This document shows, one piece after another, positions 40,736-50,934 of a stretch of 64,000 bases of DNA. The stretch covers positions 608,001-672,000 of the forward strand of contig CBDIID010000003.1 in NCBI GenBank assembly GCA_965279515.1, in the 5' to 3' direction. The notes under the pieces were generated by a model. The model saw only the letters and a list, made by a program, of their open reading frames with translations. It searched no databases and was not told the origin of the DNA. The position numbers and the translations under genes are program-made. Positions within the stretch are counted from its first letter, which is position 1, and every line of letters begins with the position of its first letter. The stretch comes from Turneriella sp. (lineage in GTDB: Bacteria > Spirochaetota > Leptospiria > Turneriellales > Turneriellaceae).

Positions 40736-43700
40736 TTAAAGCCACTTAGCCGGATTGAGTATTTTTTTCAACTTTTTCCAGGCTTTCTTGAAATTGTGTC
40801 CATTTAACCAGTTTTTGGCTGCTTTCTCTGTCCATCCAAATCCTTTTTCTATTAATTTTTTCGGATTCCCCAGCTCTGATAAGAGCTTCTTGCCGAAGGC
40901 TTCAAGAAAGTTTTCAGGATGCTCAAACAGCTCTTCAATTTGATTTTTTATCTTTTCAGCGATCAAGTCTACCAGAATCTTCATGAGCGTACTCAGATCG
41001 CGAACTTTGACATTTTGGCTCTCAAGGTGAAGGCTAAAATTAAGTCCCATAAATCCGAACTTGACGTTGGCTGCGATTGATTGTTCATGAGTCGTCTTCA
41101 CTTTAATCGCTATGTCACCCGTCATAGTTGCTTGAATGTGCACCTTGAAGCTATGAATCCCGAAGGGGTTGATTTTGAGTTTAAAATCCAGCCCTGCGGT
41201 AAAATCCGATTTTGTGCTGAAGTCACCGGCTGTACCGAGATTACAATCAAAAAAAAGTTTGGCAAATGGTCCCGTGTCTCCTTCGACATGGAACGATATT
41301 CCGTCTTTTGAAAGTGAGACTTCTTCATTCGCCCGCAGCCCAAATAAAAGGATTTCCCAGGTGCCGTTCATTTTGCCTTTAAGAAAATCAATTGCTAAAT
41401 TTGGCCCTCCGGGTTTAATAAACTCAACTGGCTTTGTTTTTTTTGGATCGGGTTGCGGATAGCAGGTATTTATAGACTCGCCCTGTTCGTTTTGTTTCCG
41501 CGCGTATCCCTTCCCCTTTCCCGAAATCTTAAGTATTTCCGAAAGGTTAATGGGACTTAAGCTAATCTGCGCGTGAATATCGGGATCGGAAAATTCTGCA
41601 CTCCCCTTTATATCGACGAGACCTTTCATTCCAAAAATATCCACGAGGCCGAAGACACATAAACCTGGATTAGCCGCTGTACCATCCGGAAGTGTCTGTA
41701 TCGTCGTAGACAAGTTAAAAAGTACATCTTTGATGCTCAGTGATGAAGGTAATTTTCCTTCTTTGCCTATCAAAATCTTAAAAATATCCTCAAAGCCAAT
41801 CTCTCGTATTGAGAATGCCAGATACTTTGGCACCTCACCGCTTTTGGGGTCCCAGACCACAGCAAAATTTCCGTCTTTTTCGCCGATCGACAAGATCCCC
41901 GAAGCACCCAATCCAAATCCCGTAGCATCTTTTGAAACCAGCAGAGTGGCTGATCTGATGTCAATTGCGCTTAGTCCGGGAATCGATAACGAAGTTTTAC
42001 CGATTGCCGCAGACCCGGTTAATGCTCCCGGGGCTACCGTTACCGTCATTTCGCTGATTGAAATCAAAGATGTAAAAATACTGATCGAGGTTTGCCCCTT
42101 GATTACCAGACTAATGGGAACTGTGGTTAAACCAATCTCAACTTTGACGGAGGCAATTTTTAGCAAAGACACTTCCTTTGACGGCAGATAAATATCAGGC
42201 AATGGTTCAATATTGAACCCCGATGGGGCAGAGAGACCGCCACCGCTCAGGCAAACGCGAAAAATATTCTTGTTGCCGAAAAGATCGGTCAAGGGCGAGA
42301 TCAAAAACTTTGCAATGCTAAAATCGACGACTATCTGTGCGCCCTGCACCGCCTCAACCTGAGGGTTGATGACGACGTCTGATCGCAAATCCAAGAGCGC
42401 GGCCACCGGTGCCGGCGTAGAACAATATAAAAAGGACATCGATTGAGGTTTGATTTTATCTAAGGCCCCCGCTAACAGCCTAAAGTCTGAGAAAACCTCG
42501 GTCAGCTTTGCCAAGGTGAAAAAACCAACGCCCAGCGACCATTCTGCTCCGACTTTTTTTGTGATTTTTCCGTGCAAATTTTCCCCGAAGTCAATTTCGA
42601 CGCTTAATGATTTTTTTTTCACATCGTTTTCAAGTTTGATTGATGAAAGCTCGAGCGCAAAATTTGAAAAAAAATCCGGTGTGGATCCAAGCAGGCCATT
42701 TAGCAGATTTACGAGCGTAAATTTAACGCCGGGTTCTGGCAGCCAGGCCCCTGAAAAATTTTCGATCTTTTCTCCCACATCAGCGCTCAATTCGAATAGC
42801 TGATCGGCCAGGTATAAATGAGAGACGAGACTAATTTTAGGCGTTGCTAAACCGTCCTTGACAACTTTCAATTGCACATTTGCCGTTTCAACCGGCAAGA
42901 GATCAGAATCGAACGGTATGTCCGCATCCGAGAAAAATGTAAAAATTTTGCCGGACGTATTGATGTTCATTTTCAAGCCGCCTAAGGTAATGGATGGTAT
43001 CGGCGGAAGTAAGTTGCCGAAAAATTCACGAAGAACAGCGATAGGTTCGATCTTACCTTCCTGTAAAAACAACTGAAGATCCCAGCTTTTTTTATCTTCC
43101 CCGGGAAATGCGCCCAGATAAAAGCGCAATTCCTTGTAATTAAAACTCCCTGAAAAGCTTGGCTGCAGGCCATTACCGAATGGGTAGGCCTGAATCGTTA
43201 GCGAATTGAGGGAAATTGAACCCTCTATAAACGGTATTCGAAAATCTGTAGCTATCGTTGTCGTAAATCCAAAACTTTTCGTTATGACTTGCCCCTTTAT
43301 CCTGATATCCGTCACCACGGCTTTAGGCAGGTTGTTTTTGGGCATGTCTGGCAATATTTTGGAAAAAATATCAATGACATCAAATTTGACGGATGGCGGC
43401 AGCTGGGCGAAAAACTCTGTTGAAGGTAGGTCAATTCCTATCGAAAACTTTTGATTGGAAAGTTTCGGGATCGTCGCTTCGCCGCGTAATTCAAGAAAAA
43501 AACCTGGCTTAGTAGAAATCGGGTTTGATACCCTTAAGACAAGGTAGCTCTTTTCTATTTTCAAAAACTCTTTGAAGTCAATACTTTTAATGATGTCAAT
43601 TTCCACATCGATGCTCTGCAACTCGAATGTAGCTGCGGTAAATACGAGATTCAAGCCAATCTGTTTCAGGTTAAGGCTGTCCAAAATCAGAAAATCATTG

Positions 43701-44692
43701 GGGATCATCGTTTTCAAGCCGTCATAAATTGTTGGGCCTGACGGCGCGTTGTCTGTAGCAATAGTTTCCAAAAGGCCGACGACATCCTCAATACTAATGC
43801 TTTCTTTCTTGCCAGCAATACACTCCAGTGTCAGAGCAAAGGGGCTGTTCTGGAAAAAATTGCCTGCAAAGATGAGTGTCTTTTTTTCTCCGCGAAAACT
43901 TACATCTTGCTGAAAACTTAATCTCGCTAAGCTTACCGGCCATATTGCTTTTGACTCGTCATTTCCTTCAGGCAAAAATGATAAGAAATGCAGACGAATA
44001 TCTTTACCAGGGAAATATTTAAGATGAAATTTTTCGGGCGACTCCAGAAAAATCTTCGGCATGCGTACGCCAGACTTCAGCGTGCAATCGAAAATCTTGC
44101 CCTCCAGACAGAGCGGCTCTTTACGCTGTGCCGGTAAAAGCAGCCGGAGCGGTTCGGGAGTATTCTCGTCGCTTCGCATGCTACAGCGCATTTTCAAGAT
44201 GGAGGCTGAAAAGTTAGCAGCCTTGCCATCGTCAGGATATCCAAAACCTGTTTGAAAATTGAAACCTTCTTCAGGGTCCGCCAAAGAGTCAAACTCGATC
44301 GTTTCCAAAGAAAAAGTGTTTTCATCGTAAATCGTCCCAATCAAAACCTTGAATGGGTCGCAAAATTTAAAAGGGACGGAATTAGCAGGTAGTGCGGATT
44401 TAAGGGTAAATTTAAATTCGACTTTTGTCTTGATAAGCTTGAACTCCACTTCACACGGGGTTTTTTCGAGCGCAAATAACCCGGATAAGTAAGAGCCAGA
44501 GAATCTTTCACGATTGATCAAATCGCGTTTTAACCGGAAGTGCAGTGAGTTATCGGTGCAGGATTTTTCAAGGAAGCGGCGAGCATTGGCAGAAAAATCG
44601 GGGTTTTTTGCAGAGAGCTCTGAATCAATATTCTCGAGACTTTTGAGAAATGCTTCATAGGCTTGCGGGATCATATTAATTATGCGTGCCAA
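40736..44692 (-). CDS. Large 1318-aa beta-rich hypothetical protein
   Basis: Long ORF of amphipathic beta strands; basic amphipathic C-terminal helix; no signal peptide. Confidence 0.7.
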   Translation of the reverse strand: MARIINMIPQAYEAFLKSLENIDSELSAKNPDFSANARRFLEKSCTDNSLHFRLKRDLINRERFSGSYLSGLFALEKTPCEVEFKLIKTKVEFKFTLKSALPANSVPFKFCDPFKVLIGTIYDENTFSLETIEFDSLADPEEGFNFQTGFGYPDDGKAANFSASILKMRCSMRSDENTPEPLRLLLPAQRKEPLCLEGKIFDCTLKSGVRMPKIFLESPEKFHLKYFPGKDIRLHFLSFLPEGNDESKAIWPVSLARLSFQQDVSFRGEKKTLIFAGNFFQNSPFALTLECIAGKKESISIEDVVGLLETIATDNAPSGPTIYDGLKTMIPNDFLILDSLNLKQIGLNLVFTAATFELQSIDVEIDIIKSIDFKEFLKIEKSYLVLRVSNPISTKPGFFLELRGEATIPKLSNQKFSIGIDLPSTEFFAQLPPSVKFDVIDIFSKILPDMPKNNLPKAVVTDIRIKGQVITKSFGFTTTIATDFRIPFIEGSISLNSLTIQAYPFGNGLQPSFSGSFNYKELRFYLGAFPGEDKKSWDLQLFLQEGKIEPIAVLREFFGNLLPPIPSITLGGLKMNINTSGKIFTFFSDADIPFDSDLLPVETANVQLKVVKDGLATPKISLVSHLYLADQLFELSADVGEKIENFSGAWLPEPGVKFTLVNLLNGLLGSTPDFFSNFALELSSIKLENDVKKKSLSVEIDFGENLHGKITKKVGAEWSLGVGFFTLAKLTEVFSDFRLLAGALDKIKPQSMSFLYCSTPAPVAALLDLRSDVVINPQVEAVQGAQIVVDFSIAKFLISPLTDLFGNKNIFRVCLSGGGLSAPSGFNIEPLPDIYLPSKEVSLLKIASVKVEIGLTTVPISLVIKGQTSISIFTSLISISEMTVTVAPGALTGSAAIGKTSLSIPGLSAIDIRSATLLVSKDATGFGLGASGILSIGEKDGNFAVVWDPKSGEVPKYLAFSIREIGFEDIFKILIGKEGKLPSSLSIKDVLFNLSTTIQTLPDGTAANPGLCVFGLVDIFGMKGLVDIKGSAEFSDPDIHAQISLSPINLSEILKISGKGKGYARKQNEQGESINTCYPQPDPKKTKPVEFIKPGGPNLAIDFLKGKMNGTWEILLFGLRANEEVSLSKDGISFHVEGDTGPFAKLFFDCNLGTAGDFSTKSDFTAGLDFKLKINPFGIHSFKVHIQATMTGDIAIKVKTTHEQSIAANVKFGFMGLNFSLHLESQNVKVRDLSTLMKILVDLIAEKIKNQIEELFEHPENFLEAFGKKLLSELGNPKKLIEKGFGWTEKAAKNWLNGHNFKKAWKKLKKILNPAKWL

Positions 44693-44715
44693 ATATCATA
44701 GATCAACCAGGTGTT

Positions 44716-45978
44716 TCAATTATCTGAATCGGAGATAGTAAACTGAACCGGCAGGTGATCGCTGATGACATACTCATAAGCTGCAGTTTCCAAGCGGTCA
44801 AACTGGCCTGTGCTTTTCACCCATAATTCAAATTCTGTAATCTTCTTTATCCCAAGATCTATTTCGTTTTCAAGACCAACCCATTCCCTAATTTTACCAA
44901 TAAGGCTCATCTCTTTTGACACATAGTATAAGATGCTTTTTAAGTTGGGAATTGTTAACTGACCAAAGTGGAGATGAAAGAGCTGATTTCTCGCTTCTGT
45001 TTCTATTATCCGTTTAATTTGCTCGCAAAGACTTTTGCCTTTTTCTCTTAAGCCAGGATATCGTGGAGGCTGAGCGCGCATTTTCCGCTGACCTTCATCA
45101 ATGTTAGCAAAATCATGAAGTATTTGACTGAGCCCTGCAACTAGCGCGCCACATGCAATTACAACTGCATTTGATATCAAGGCCAAGGATGACGAGACAG
45201 ATAACGATACCGGCCTATGCCATACCTGATCATAAGGTTGAGATTCCGATTCGCCATCGCGAAGTATCCCATCTATGCTTTTCAAAGATGTGCACGCATT
45301 CCCCCCCCCCCCGGCAAGTGGACCACATTGAATGAATTGTCCGGACGATGTCCGAAGGTTTTCCAGTTCACCTTTTTTCGTATTAAAATCACCGCATAAG
45401 ATGATATCTCCAGTTAGGTCAAATTTTGCATCCGATTCAAATATTTCGAGCGTGCGGCTTAAGAATATTTGCCTAAAGTATTTAATTCTCAACTGGGCTG
45501 CGCTCTCTGCGTCTGCTGCCTTTGAAAATGGTGCATGAACGACTAATATTGCAAATGTCTTCTTTCGAAAGCCGAACTCGCCTTTAATGGCCAAAATATT
45601 TCGGATAGAGGGGGCTTCAACGGAGGACCATAATACAAGTGTTTTAAAACCGGTGACTTGGACGTTGCAGTTTTGATACAGATTTCTTCTGATTAGCACA
45701 CCGATGACCTCCCCATTTATTTGTACTGGAGGAGCTGAGTTAAACTCCGGATTCTGGGCAATGATTGCATCAAGCACAGTTTTTGCGTCGGCAATACCCA
45801 GCTCAATGATTATGACCATGTCATAGGGTGACCTATGGCTGCCATGAATATTCAGAGCCCGGCGAATTTCTGAAATCCGATCTTCCAGCGTAATCCCTCT
45901 TCCGGCAGTAATTCCCGGTCGCCTTAAATACTCTGTCAAATTCCTGATGTTCCAAACCAAGACGTTGAGCTTCGCCAT
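44716..45978 (-). CDS. Endonuclease/exonuclease/phosphatase (DNase I-like) family protein
   Basis: VWNI, IIE, VHAP, GDFN, YD and SDHLPV motifs. Confidence 0.8.
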   Translation of the reverse strand: MAKLNVLVWNIRNLTEYLRRPGITAGRGITLEDRISEIRRALNIHGSHRSPYDMVIIIELGIADAKTVLDAIIAQNPEFNSAPPVQINGEVIGVLIRRNLYQNCNVQVTGFKTLVLWSSVEAPSIRNILAIKGEFGFRKKTFAILVVHAPFSKAADAESAAQLRIKYFRQIFLSRTLEIFESDAKFDLTGDIILCGDFNTKKGELENLRTSSGQFIQCGPLAGGGGNACTSLKSIDGILRDGESESQPYDQVWHRPVSLSVSSSLALISNAVVIACGALVAGLSQILHDFANIDEGQRKMRAQPPRYPGLREKGKSLCEQIKRIIETEARNQLFHLHFGQLTIPNLKSILYYVSKEMSLIGKIREWVGLENEIDLGIKKITEFELWVKSTGQFDRLETAAYEYVISDHLPVQFTISDSDN

Positions 45979-46021
45979 TGGGCATTCCCAAAGAAAACCC
46001 GCTATCGTCAGCTAAGAAAGT

Positions 46022-46906
46022 CTAAACCCCCTTCAGCCATCGTAAAAAAACATCCCGATGCGTTTTTCCGTCAGTCGCTTCCAAATGAGAATGAGGACCT
46101 GTTGAATTTCCTATAGCCCTGTCTGCAATACTGATAAAAGTTCCGGGCTCGAATATCTGCCCTTTGCCTGCGGCAATTGCGTCACTCACGCGCGTTTGGT
46201 GTGCAATGCGTAGTTGCCCAAGCACGTTACCGGTTTTGTTAAATATTGAAATCAAAAGATAAGAACCAAATCTGCTGCCCGGGGTTTCAATAACAAAATC
46301 ATCGACACGAAACTTAGCATTAGGGCCCCACACTTCGTGCCCGATGTCTGTGCGCCAGGTCTGGTCTGCTCCAGAACCCGGGCGCCCACCATGCGAGGGA
46401 AATTTCGTATAGGCGTCATATGCGGTAAGATTGAGTCTGAAATTGCCTCCGATAATATGCACGTCGGCACTGTTATTATAAACCTTCGTGCCATCGGCCA
46501 GCTCGAAGGCAACTTTGTCGGTCCCTTTAAAATGCAGAGTTCTGATGATTTCGGCCTCGTATGGATTAGTGAAACCTTTGTAAGTGCCAAAAAAATAGCG
46601 TTGCTGCATTCGCTTATTTTCTGCCTGCCCTGCCGAAGTTTTCGCGTTCTCATGCCATTTCTTGTATTCCGCGGCGATTATTTCCATCAGCGCATTTTTC
46701 TCCTCTGTAGAGCCCCCAAGGATTGCAATTGCTTTCTCTGCCGCAGCTCGGTCTTTCAGAAAATAGATAGCTTTAATCTCTTCAGTAAGTTGAGAGAAAT
46801 CTGGTACGCTTAAGCCTGTTCGTGCTTGCTTAGGACTATGATGCGTTTTCCCGGGTGAAGAAACAGATTTTTTCTCTTGGGGTGAACGATGATTTGAACC
46901 AACCAT
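46022..46906 (-). CDS. Hypothetical protein with M23-peptidase-like C-terminal motif
   Basis: IAH...GQ...GNSTGPHSHLE. Confidence 0.6.
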   Translation of the reverse strand: MVGSNHRSPQEKKSVSSPGKTHHSPKQARTGLSVPDFSQLTEEIKAIYFLKDRAAAEKAIAILGGSTEEKNALMEIIAAEYKKWHENAKTSAGQAENKRMQQRYFFGTYKGFTNPYEAEIIRTLHFKGTDKVAFELADGTKVYNNSADVHIIGGNFRLNLTAYDAYTKFPSHGGRPGSGADQTWRTDIGHEVWGPNAKFRVDDFVIETPGSRFGSYLLISIFNKTGNVLGQLRIAHQTRVSDAIAAGKGQIFEPGTFISIADRAIGNSTGPHSHLEATDGKTHRDVFLRWLKGV

Positions 46907-47018
46907 GACAACAGGGTTTTATGGAGATTTTGGCAGGCAAGTATTTATTCGGGCGGTAAAGATTTTCGATTGCCCCGAACCGGAGATCACCTTTTATTCG
47001 CAGGACCACCGCATTTTA

Positions 47019-47086
47019 CCTAAAAAAATCCATCGGAGCAACCCGCCGGTGAACCTGAGTGGCAAATTGAGGTGAACCTTCCCTGA
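47019..47086. mobile_element. Junction J6 (internally deleted)
   Basis: ACCCGCCGGTGAACCTGAGTGGCAAATTGAGGT present; TGCGTCCC core absent. Confidence 0.65.
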
Positions 47087-47143
47087 AATGCAACTTCGGA
47101 TCATAAATCAGCGCAATGGCCCGACCCTTTTGCCGACATGACT

Positions 47144-49240
47144 CTACCTTTTCGTTAAGACGACAATCGACGGAACGGGTCTGTTATCATTCCCGGTCGA
47201 GTTTGTTCGATTTAGGGGCAAAGGCCCCTTTCGCGGAATGACGATTTGCGAGGATCCGCCGCTGTCGAATAGGATCACGTTCTCTCCACCAACACCGGCA
47301 ATCTTGTCGCGAAACCGCTCTAGAGTCAGGCCGATATTTGTCTTCCAGCCATCACTGACCACGAGGAATATATAACTGCCCCCAAATGCGATTGCCGTTC
47401 GCGCGTCCCCGGAAATATCTTGCGACCAACCGGCATCGACTAGAGCGGCCGAAACATTCTTAAGTAAACCGTTTTCCACGAGTAATGCACCTCCACCAAC
47501 CGCATGGAAAGCCGATGGCAGCTCATCCTCTTTGAAATGCGTCGCAGTAGTTTTTGCCAGGAATACTTCATTGGTGGCTGTCAGAGCAAATACGGGCCGT
47601 TTCGGAATTGTTTTTATGCAGAAGCCCAAATTGTCATACAATTTGCAGGTATTGAACTTAACTGCCCCGTCGATCTTGTGGAAGCCGACTAAATTTGTTT
47701 CCTTCCCTTCTTCCTTCACTGGACCAAACAAGCCGGCATTAATAGCCGCCAGAACGGGAATTCCGTTCGCCTGCAGATTACCAACCCAACTTTTGAGCGA
47801 ATAGCCAATCGCGGCACCGCCACCTACAGTGGCTTGGACATGGGGTTTGAGGCTAATCTCACCATTTAGCAGAGAACTTTTCGCAATAAAGACCCAATGC
47901 ATGGCTAAGCCCACTTCGAATGTGCGGCGGCAGTAAAAAATACCGGAAGCGAGGTTCTCCCCGGTAACACCCAGCCGTTCTTTGCATGGATCGTTTCTCA
48001 GGCTAGGGAGATCGACTATTGCTTCGCCAGGCGATGGATATTTCTCCAGTTCTTGGCGCACTGCGACTACCTCGGGGCGATTGATCGAGGTTTCAGCCGG
48101 CAGATATTTTTTTATTTGGATCTGCGGCATTTTGAAATCAAAAGCAGGAAATTTCATACCGAAGGTGAAGCCTTCTGAATCAGGGTACTGATGCTCGATA
48201 CCCCAATCGACGCGTATATGATTTAGGTCGGAGATATCAATGTTCGACTGCATTCCCCACTGCTTCTGGATAAATCCCTCCACTGTAAGCTCCACCCATT
48301 CTCTTGCCAAGGTAGGTATTTGTCCGACGAGCCAGAACACGCGATCAGCCAGGAAACCGGCGACTGAGCCGATGACTCCAATGAGATCTGCAACGAAGCC
48401 GCCAAAGTTAGCATTGACCCGCAGGTTTGTTTCAGCCATTGGTCTAGTTGCCGCAGTTAAGAAGCCTGCATCAGGATAGCATCTGTAACCCAGGAATTTC
48501 ACACAGTATCGATCTGCGTAGTACTCGATCACTGCGCCGCCGTCGGCGTATTTCTCATACATGGCCTGCCCCGTATCTGTATTTATGCCGTAAGTAAGGC
48601 CAGCGAGGTATTTGCCCTTCGGAGCACCGGAGAAATAAACCTCCGCACCTTCTTGAAAGAGGAGTTGCTGTAAACTCACCGTAGAGTTTTGATCGCCCAG
48701 AGCATGCGCAATCATTGTGGCTCGCGCAACGTAGTATGCGAAGCCCGGACCGTTTTTTTCTATGACTTCGGCTGCCATGTTGTCTCTTTTGATTTCAATG
48801 TGGTTTCGTTGCGGCAAAATATGGAATGCTAGCGCACGCGTGCCGCTCTTACCAATAATCGTATCCGTGACGAGGAGTGAACCATCCGGCAGCGGCGAAG
48901 TAGTGGCATATACCGGAGTAACTGCCGCGGAATTGTATTCGGGTGTCACCTTCAGGAGAAACTCCTTATGGTTATTGCCACCGCAATCGACGTCGATCTT
49001 AACCACGCTGCTGATGCCCGGTGATAAATTGCCAATCGTCAGGTAATTGCCATACCTCTTCCCAGACCGCTCGCTCCGTACATCGCAGCCCTCGGCGCCC
49101 TCTAATCGGATGTTTGCCGAAGTTCCGCGCGCCCAAGCCAGATTGACCCCAACGCGATCAATAGGATTCTCGGTATGCGCACAATGCGGAAAGTAGACAA
49201 AAATCGGTATTAGCAGCAAAGTTTTTAATGAATATTTCAT
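47144..49240 (-). CDS. Exported protein with C-terminal phosphodiester glycosidase (NAGPA-like) domain
   Basis: AINAGLF, GGGALLV, ARTAI, VSDG, DSGGSS and RPV motifs; AGGAG RBS. Confidence 0.78.
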   Translation of the reverse strand: MKYSLKTLLLIPIFVYFPHCAHTENPIDRVGVNLAWARGTSANIRLEGAEGCDVRSERSGKRYGNYLTIGNLSPGISSVVKIDVDCGGNNHKEFLLKVTPEYNSAAVTPVYATTSPLPDGSLLVTDTIIGKSGTRALAFHILPQRNHIEIKRDNMAAEVIEKNGPGFAYYVARATMIAHALGDQNSTVSLQQLLFQEGAEVYFSGAPKGKYLAGLTYGINTDTGQAMYEKYADGGAVIEYYADRYCVKFLGYRCYPDAGFLTAATRPMAETNLRVNANFGGFVADLIGVIGSVAGFLADRVFWLVGQIPTLAREWVELTVEGFIQKQWGMQSNIDISDLNHIRVDWGIEHQYPDSEGFTFGMKFPAFDFKMPQIQIKKYLPAETSINRPEVVAVRQELEKYPSPGEAIVDLPSLRNDPCKERLGVTGENLASGIFYCRRTFEVGLAMHWVFIAKSSLLNGEISLKPHVQATVGGGAAIGYSLKSWVGNLQANGIPVLAAINAGLFGPVKEEGKETNLVGFHKIDGAVKFNTCKLYDNLGFCIKTIPKRPVFALTATNEVFLAKTTATHFKEDELPSAFHAVGGGALLVENGLLKNVSAALVDAGWSQDISGDARTAIAFGGSYIFLVVSDGWKTNIGLTLERFRDKIAGVGGENVILFDSGGSSQIVIPRKGPLPLNRTNSTGNDNRPVPSIVVLTKR

Positions 49241-49252
49241 GGTTTTCTCCTT

Positions 49253-50686
49253 TTATTTCTCGGTTGTGCGCTGGGCCGTAACCGCAAATCGCACAACCGT
49301 CGTATAAGTGATATTTGCATAAACCCCTTCGTCAAAAGAACAATCGTATGGGACCGGCAAAGGCACAGGTGGCCACCAACCTGCCCATACCCACATAATA
49401 CAGGTAGCGCTCACGCGGCGATAGCCGACGAGTTCATTCTTCGTTTCGGTTTTTGAGCCCTCCGCCGCTATAAGCGTTACCTCGGAGATGGTATCATCCG
49501 CAACGAAAGTATCTCCCGCGGCTATGGTTAAACCGTTTGCTACCATCGACGCACCGGAATTATTCGGCGCGTATGAAATAACTTGGTTGTTTCTGAGCCG
49601 CCCCACAAAGCATGCCGGGGAGACGATAGACCCTGCCTCTATCGCCACAGCCAAATTCTTGTTGTTCTGGTTCACGGCTAAATCTGTACCATACGCTTGC
49701 TGGTTGAGCAGGTAGGTTTTGTCCAGATAGACACGAGATGCGTACCGCGTGTCCATAACGCGAAATCTCGTGGAAAAGATCTGTGCGTTTGCGTAGTCTT
49801 GATTTTCTACTTGCGAAATTCTGGCGGCGTCACTATATATTGTGCTCGGGTATGAAAACGTAGTCCCTGTCGGAGCATCGTCGATAAATACCTCGGCGCT
49901 TCGTTCGCCGGCAACTGTAATCGTATTCTGCACTCCGAATCCGTGTAGGCGAATAAAGCTTTCGAAAGGATCCATATTGTTGATGGCCACGGCTCCCAGC
50001 CTGAATACGCCGCTTTCGGAGAAAGGACCCTGATCGCCGTCGGCGAACACAGCGCGCACCCGAACAAAGTAGATATATTCGGGTGAACCAGAGAAGGTAA
50101 GCAACGGCGTTACCGTATGTTCGCTCACCTCGTTATTACCCGTGTTAAAGAGTGGATTATCACGGCGAACTTCAATGTAGTATTTAACCGCACCATAAAC
50201 AGCACGCCAGGTGATTTTTGCTGGAACATTTAAAGATTGGGCTTCTATCGCAGGGTCAGGAGCAATAAAGATTGGACGCTCCGCTTTGTCGATAATGGGG
50301 GTCGTTTCCAGAGGGATAAGATTGTAAGCGGAATCCAAATAGTTGGAAACGACGCTGCCTGACTCAAGCACTAAGCCTGAAACTGTTAAACTGGTTTGAA
50401 CGCCGGTACCGAAACCGAAGTTCAGTAGCGCACAACCTTCCGCATTCACGCTGATTTGAGCGGGGCGCCCCTGCAGAGAACTTTCCGCCAGCGCGGTCAC
50501 GGTTTTTATCCGCTGGTTCGCGCAGGCCTTGACAATGATCTCTTTGCTCAAATCGAACCTAGAGCCTGAGGGTGGTTCTATCTGAGTCAACCCATGCTTA
50601 CTAACAGTCAGATCAATCCCACCACGGCAAGCCGCGAAGGAAAATACGGCAAAAAAAGCAAAATATCGCCGAAGGGTAAAACGCAT
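49253..50686 (-). CDS. Lipoprotein with FN3-like domain
   Basis: FAAC lipobox after Met 50686 (alternative start 50815); ITW..YFVRVRAV..GPFS. Confidence 0.7.
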   Translation of the reverse strand: MRFTLRRYFAFFAVFSFAACRGGIDLTVSKHGLTQIEPPSGSRFDLSKEIIVKACANQRIKTVTALAESSLQGRPAQISVNAEGCALLNFGFGTGVQTSLTVSGLVLESGSVVSNYLDSAYNLIPLETTPIIDKAERPIFIAPDPAIEAQSLNVPAKITWRAVYGAVKYYIEVRRDNPLFNTGNNEVSEHTVTPLLTFSGSPEYIYFVRVRAVFADGDQGPFSESGVFRLGAVAINNMDPFESFIRLHGFGVQNTITVAGERSAEVFIDDAPTGTTFSYPSTIYSDAARISQVENQDYANAQIFSTRFRVMDTRYASRVYLDKTYLLNQQAYGTDLAVNQNNKNLAVAIEAGSIVSPACFVGRLRNNQVISYAPNNSGASMVANGLTIAAGDTFVADDTISEVTLIAAEGSKTETKNELVGYRRVSATCIMWVWAGWWPPVPLPVPYDCSFDEGVYANITYTTVVRFAVTAQRTTEK

Positions 50687-50934
50687 AGGGCCCCCCTTTA
50701 AGGTGATCAAGGGCCATTCGCTGGTTGCTTCGGCCACACCAGCCCCAACGATGCAAAAAACAATATTGTGACAAAAAAAGGGAAAATGTTTCCTAAGAAA
50801 TTGTATAAGAGACATAGCAATCCTCCCAAGACAATTCTAGATTACGTTGATTGAAGGGCCAATTCAGGGCCGTCAATATTTTTATCGCAGAAAGACTGTA
50901 GTTTGCCGGCATATTACTGCAATTTTGAATTTTC

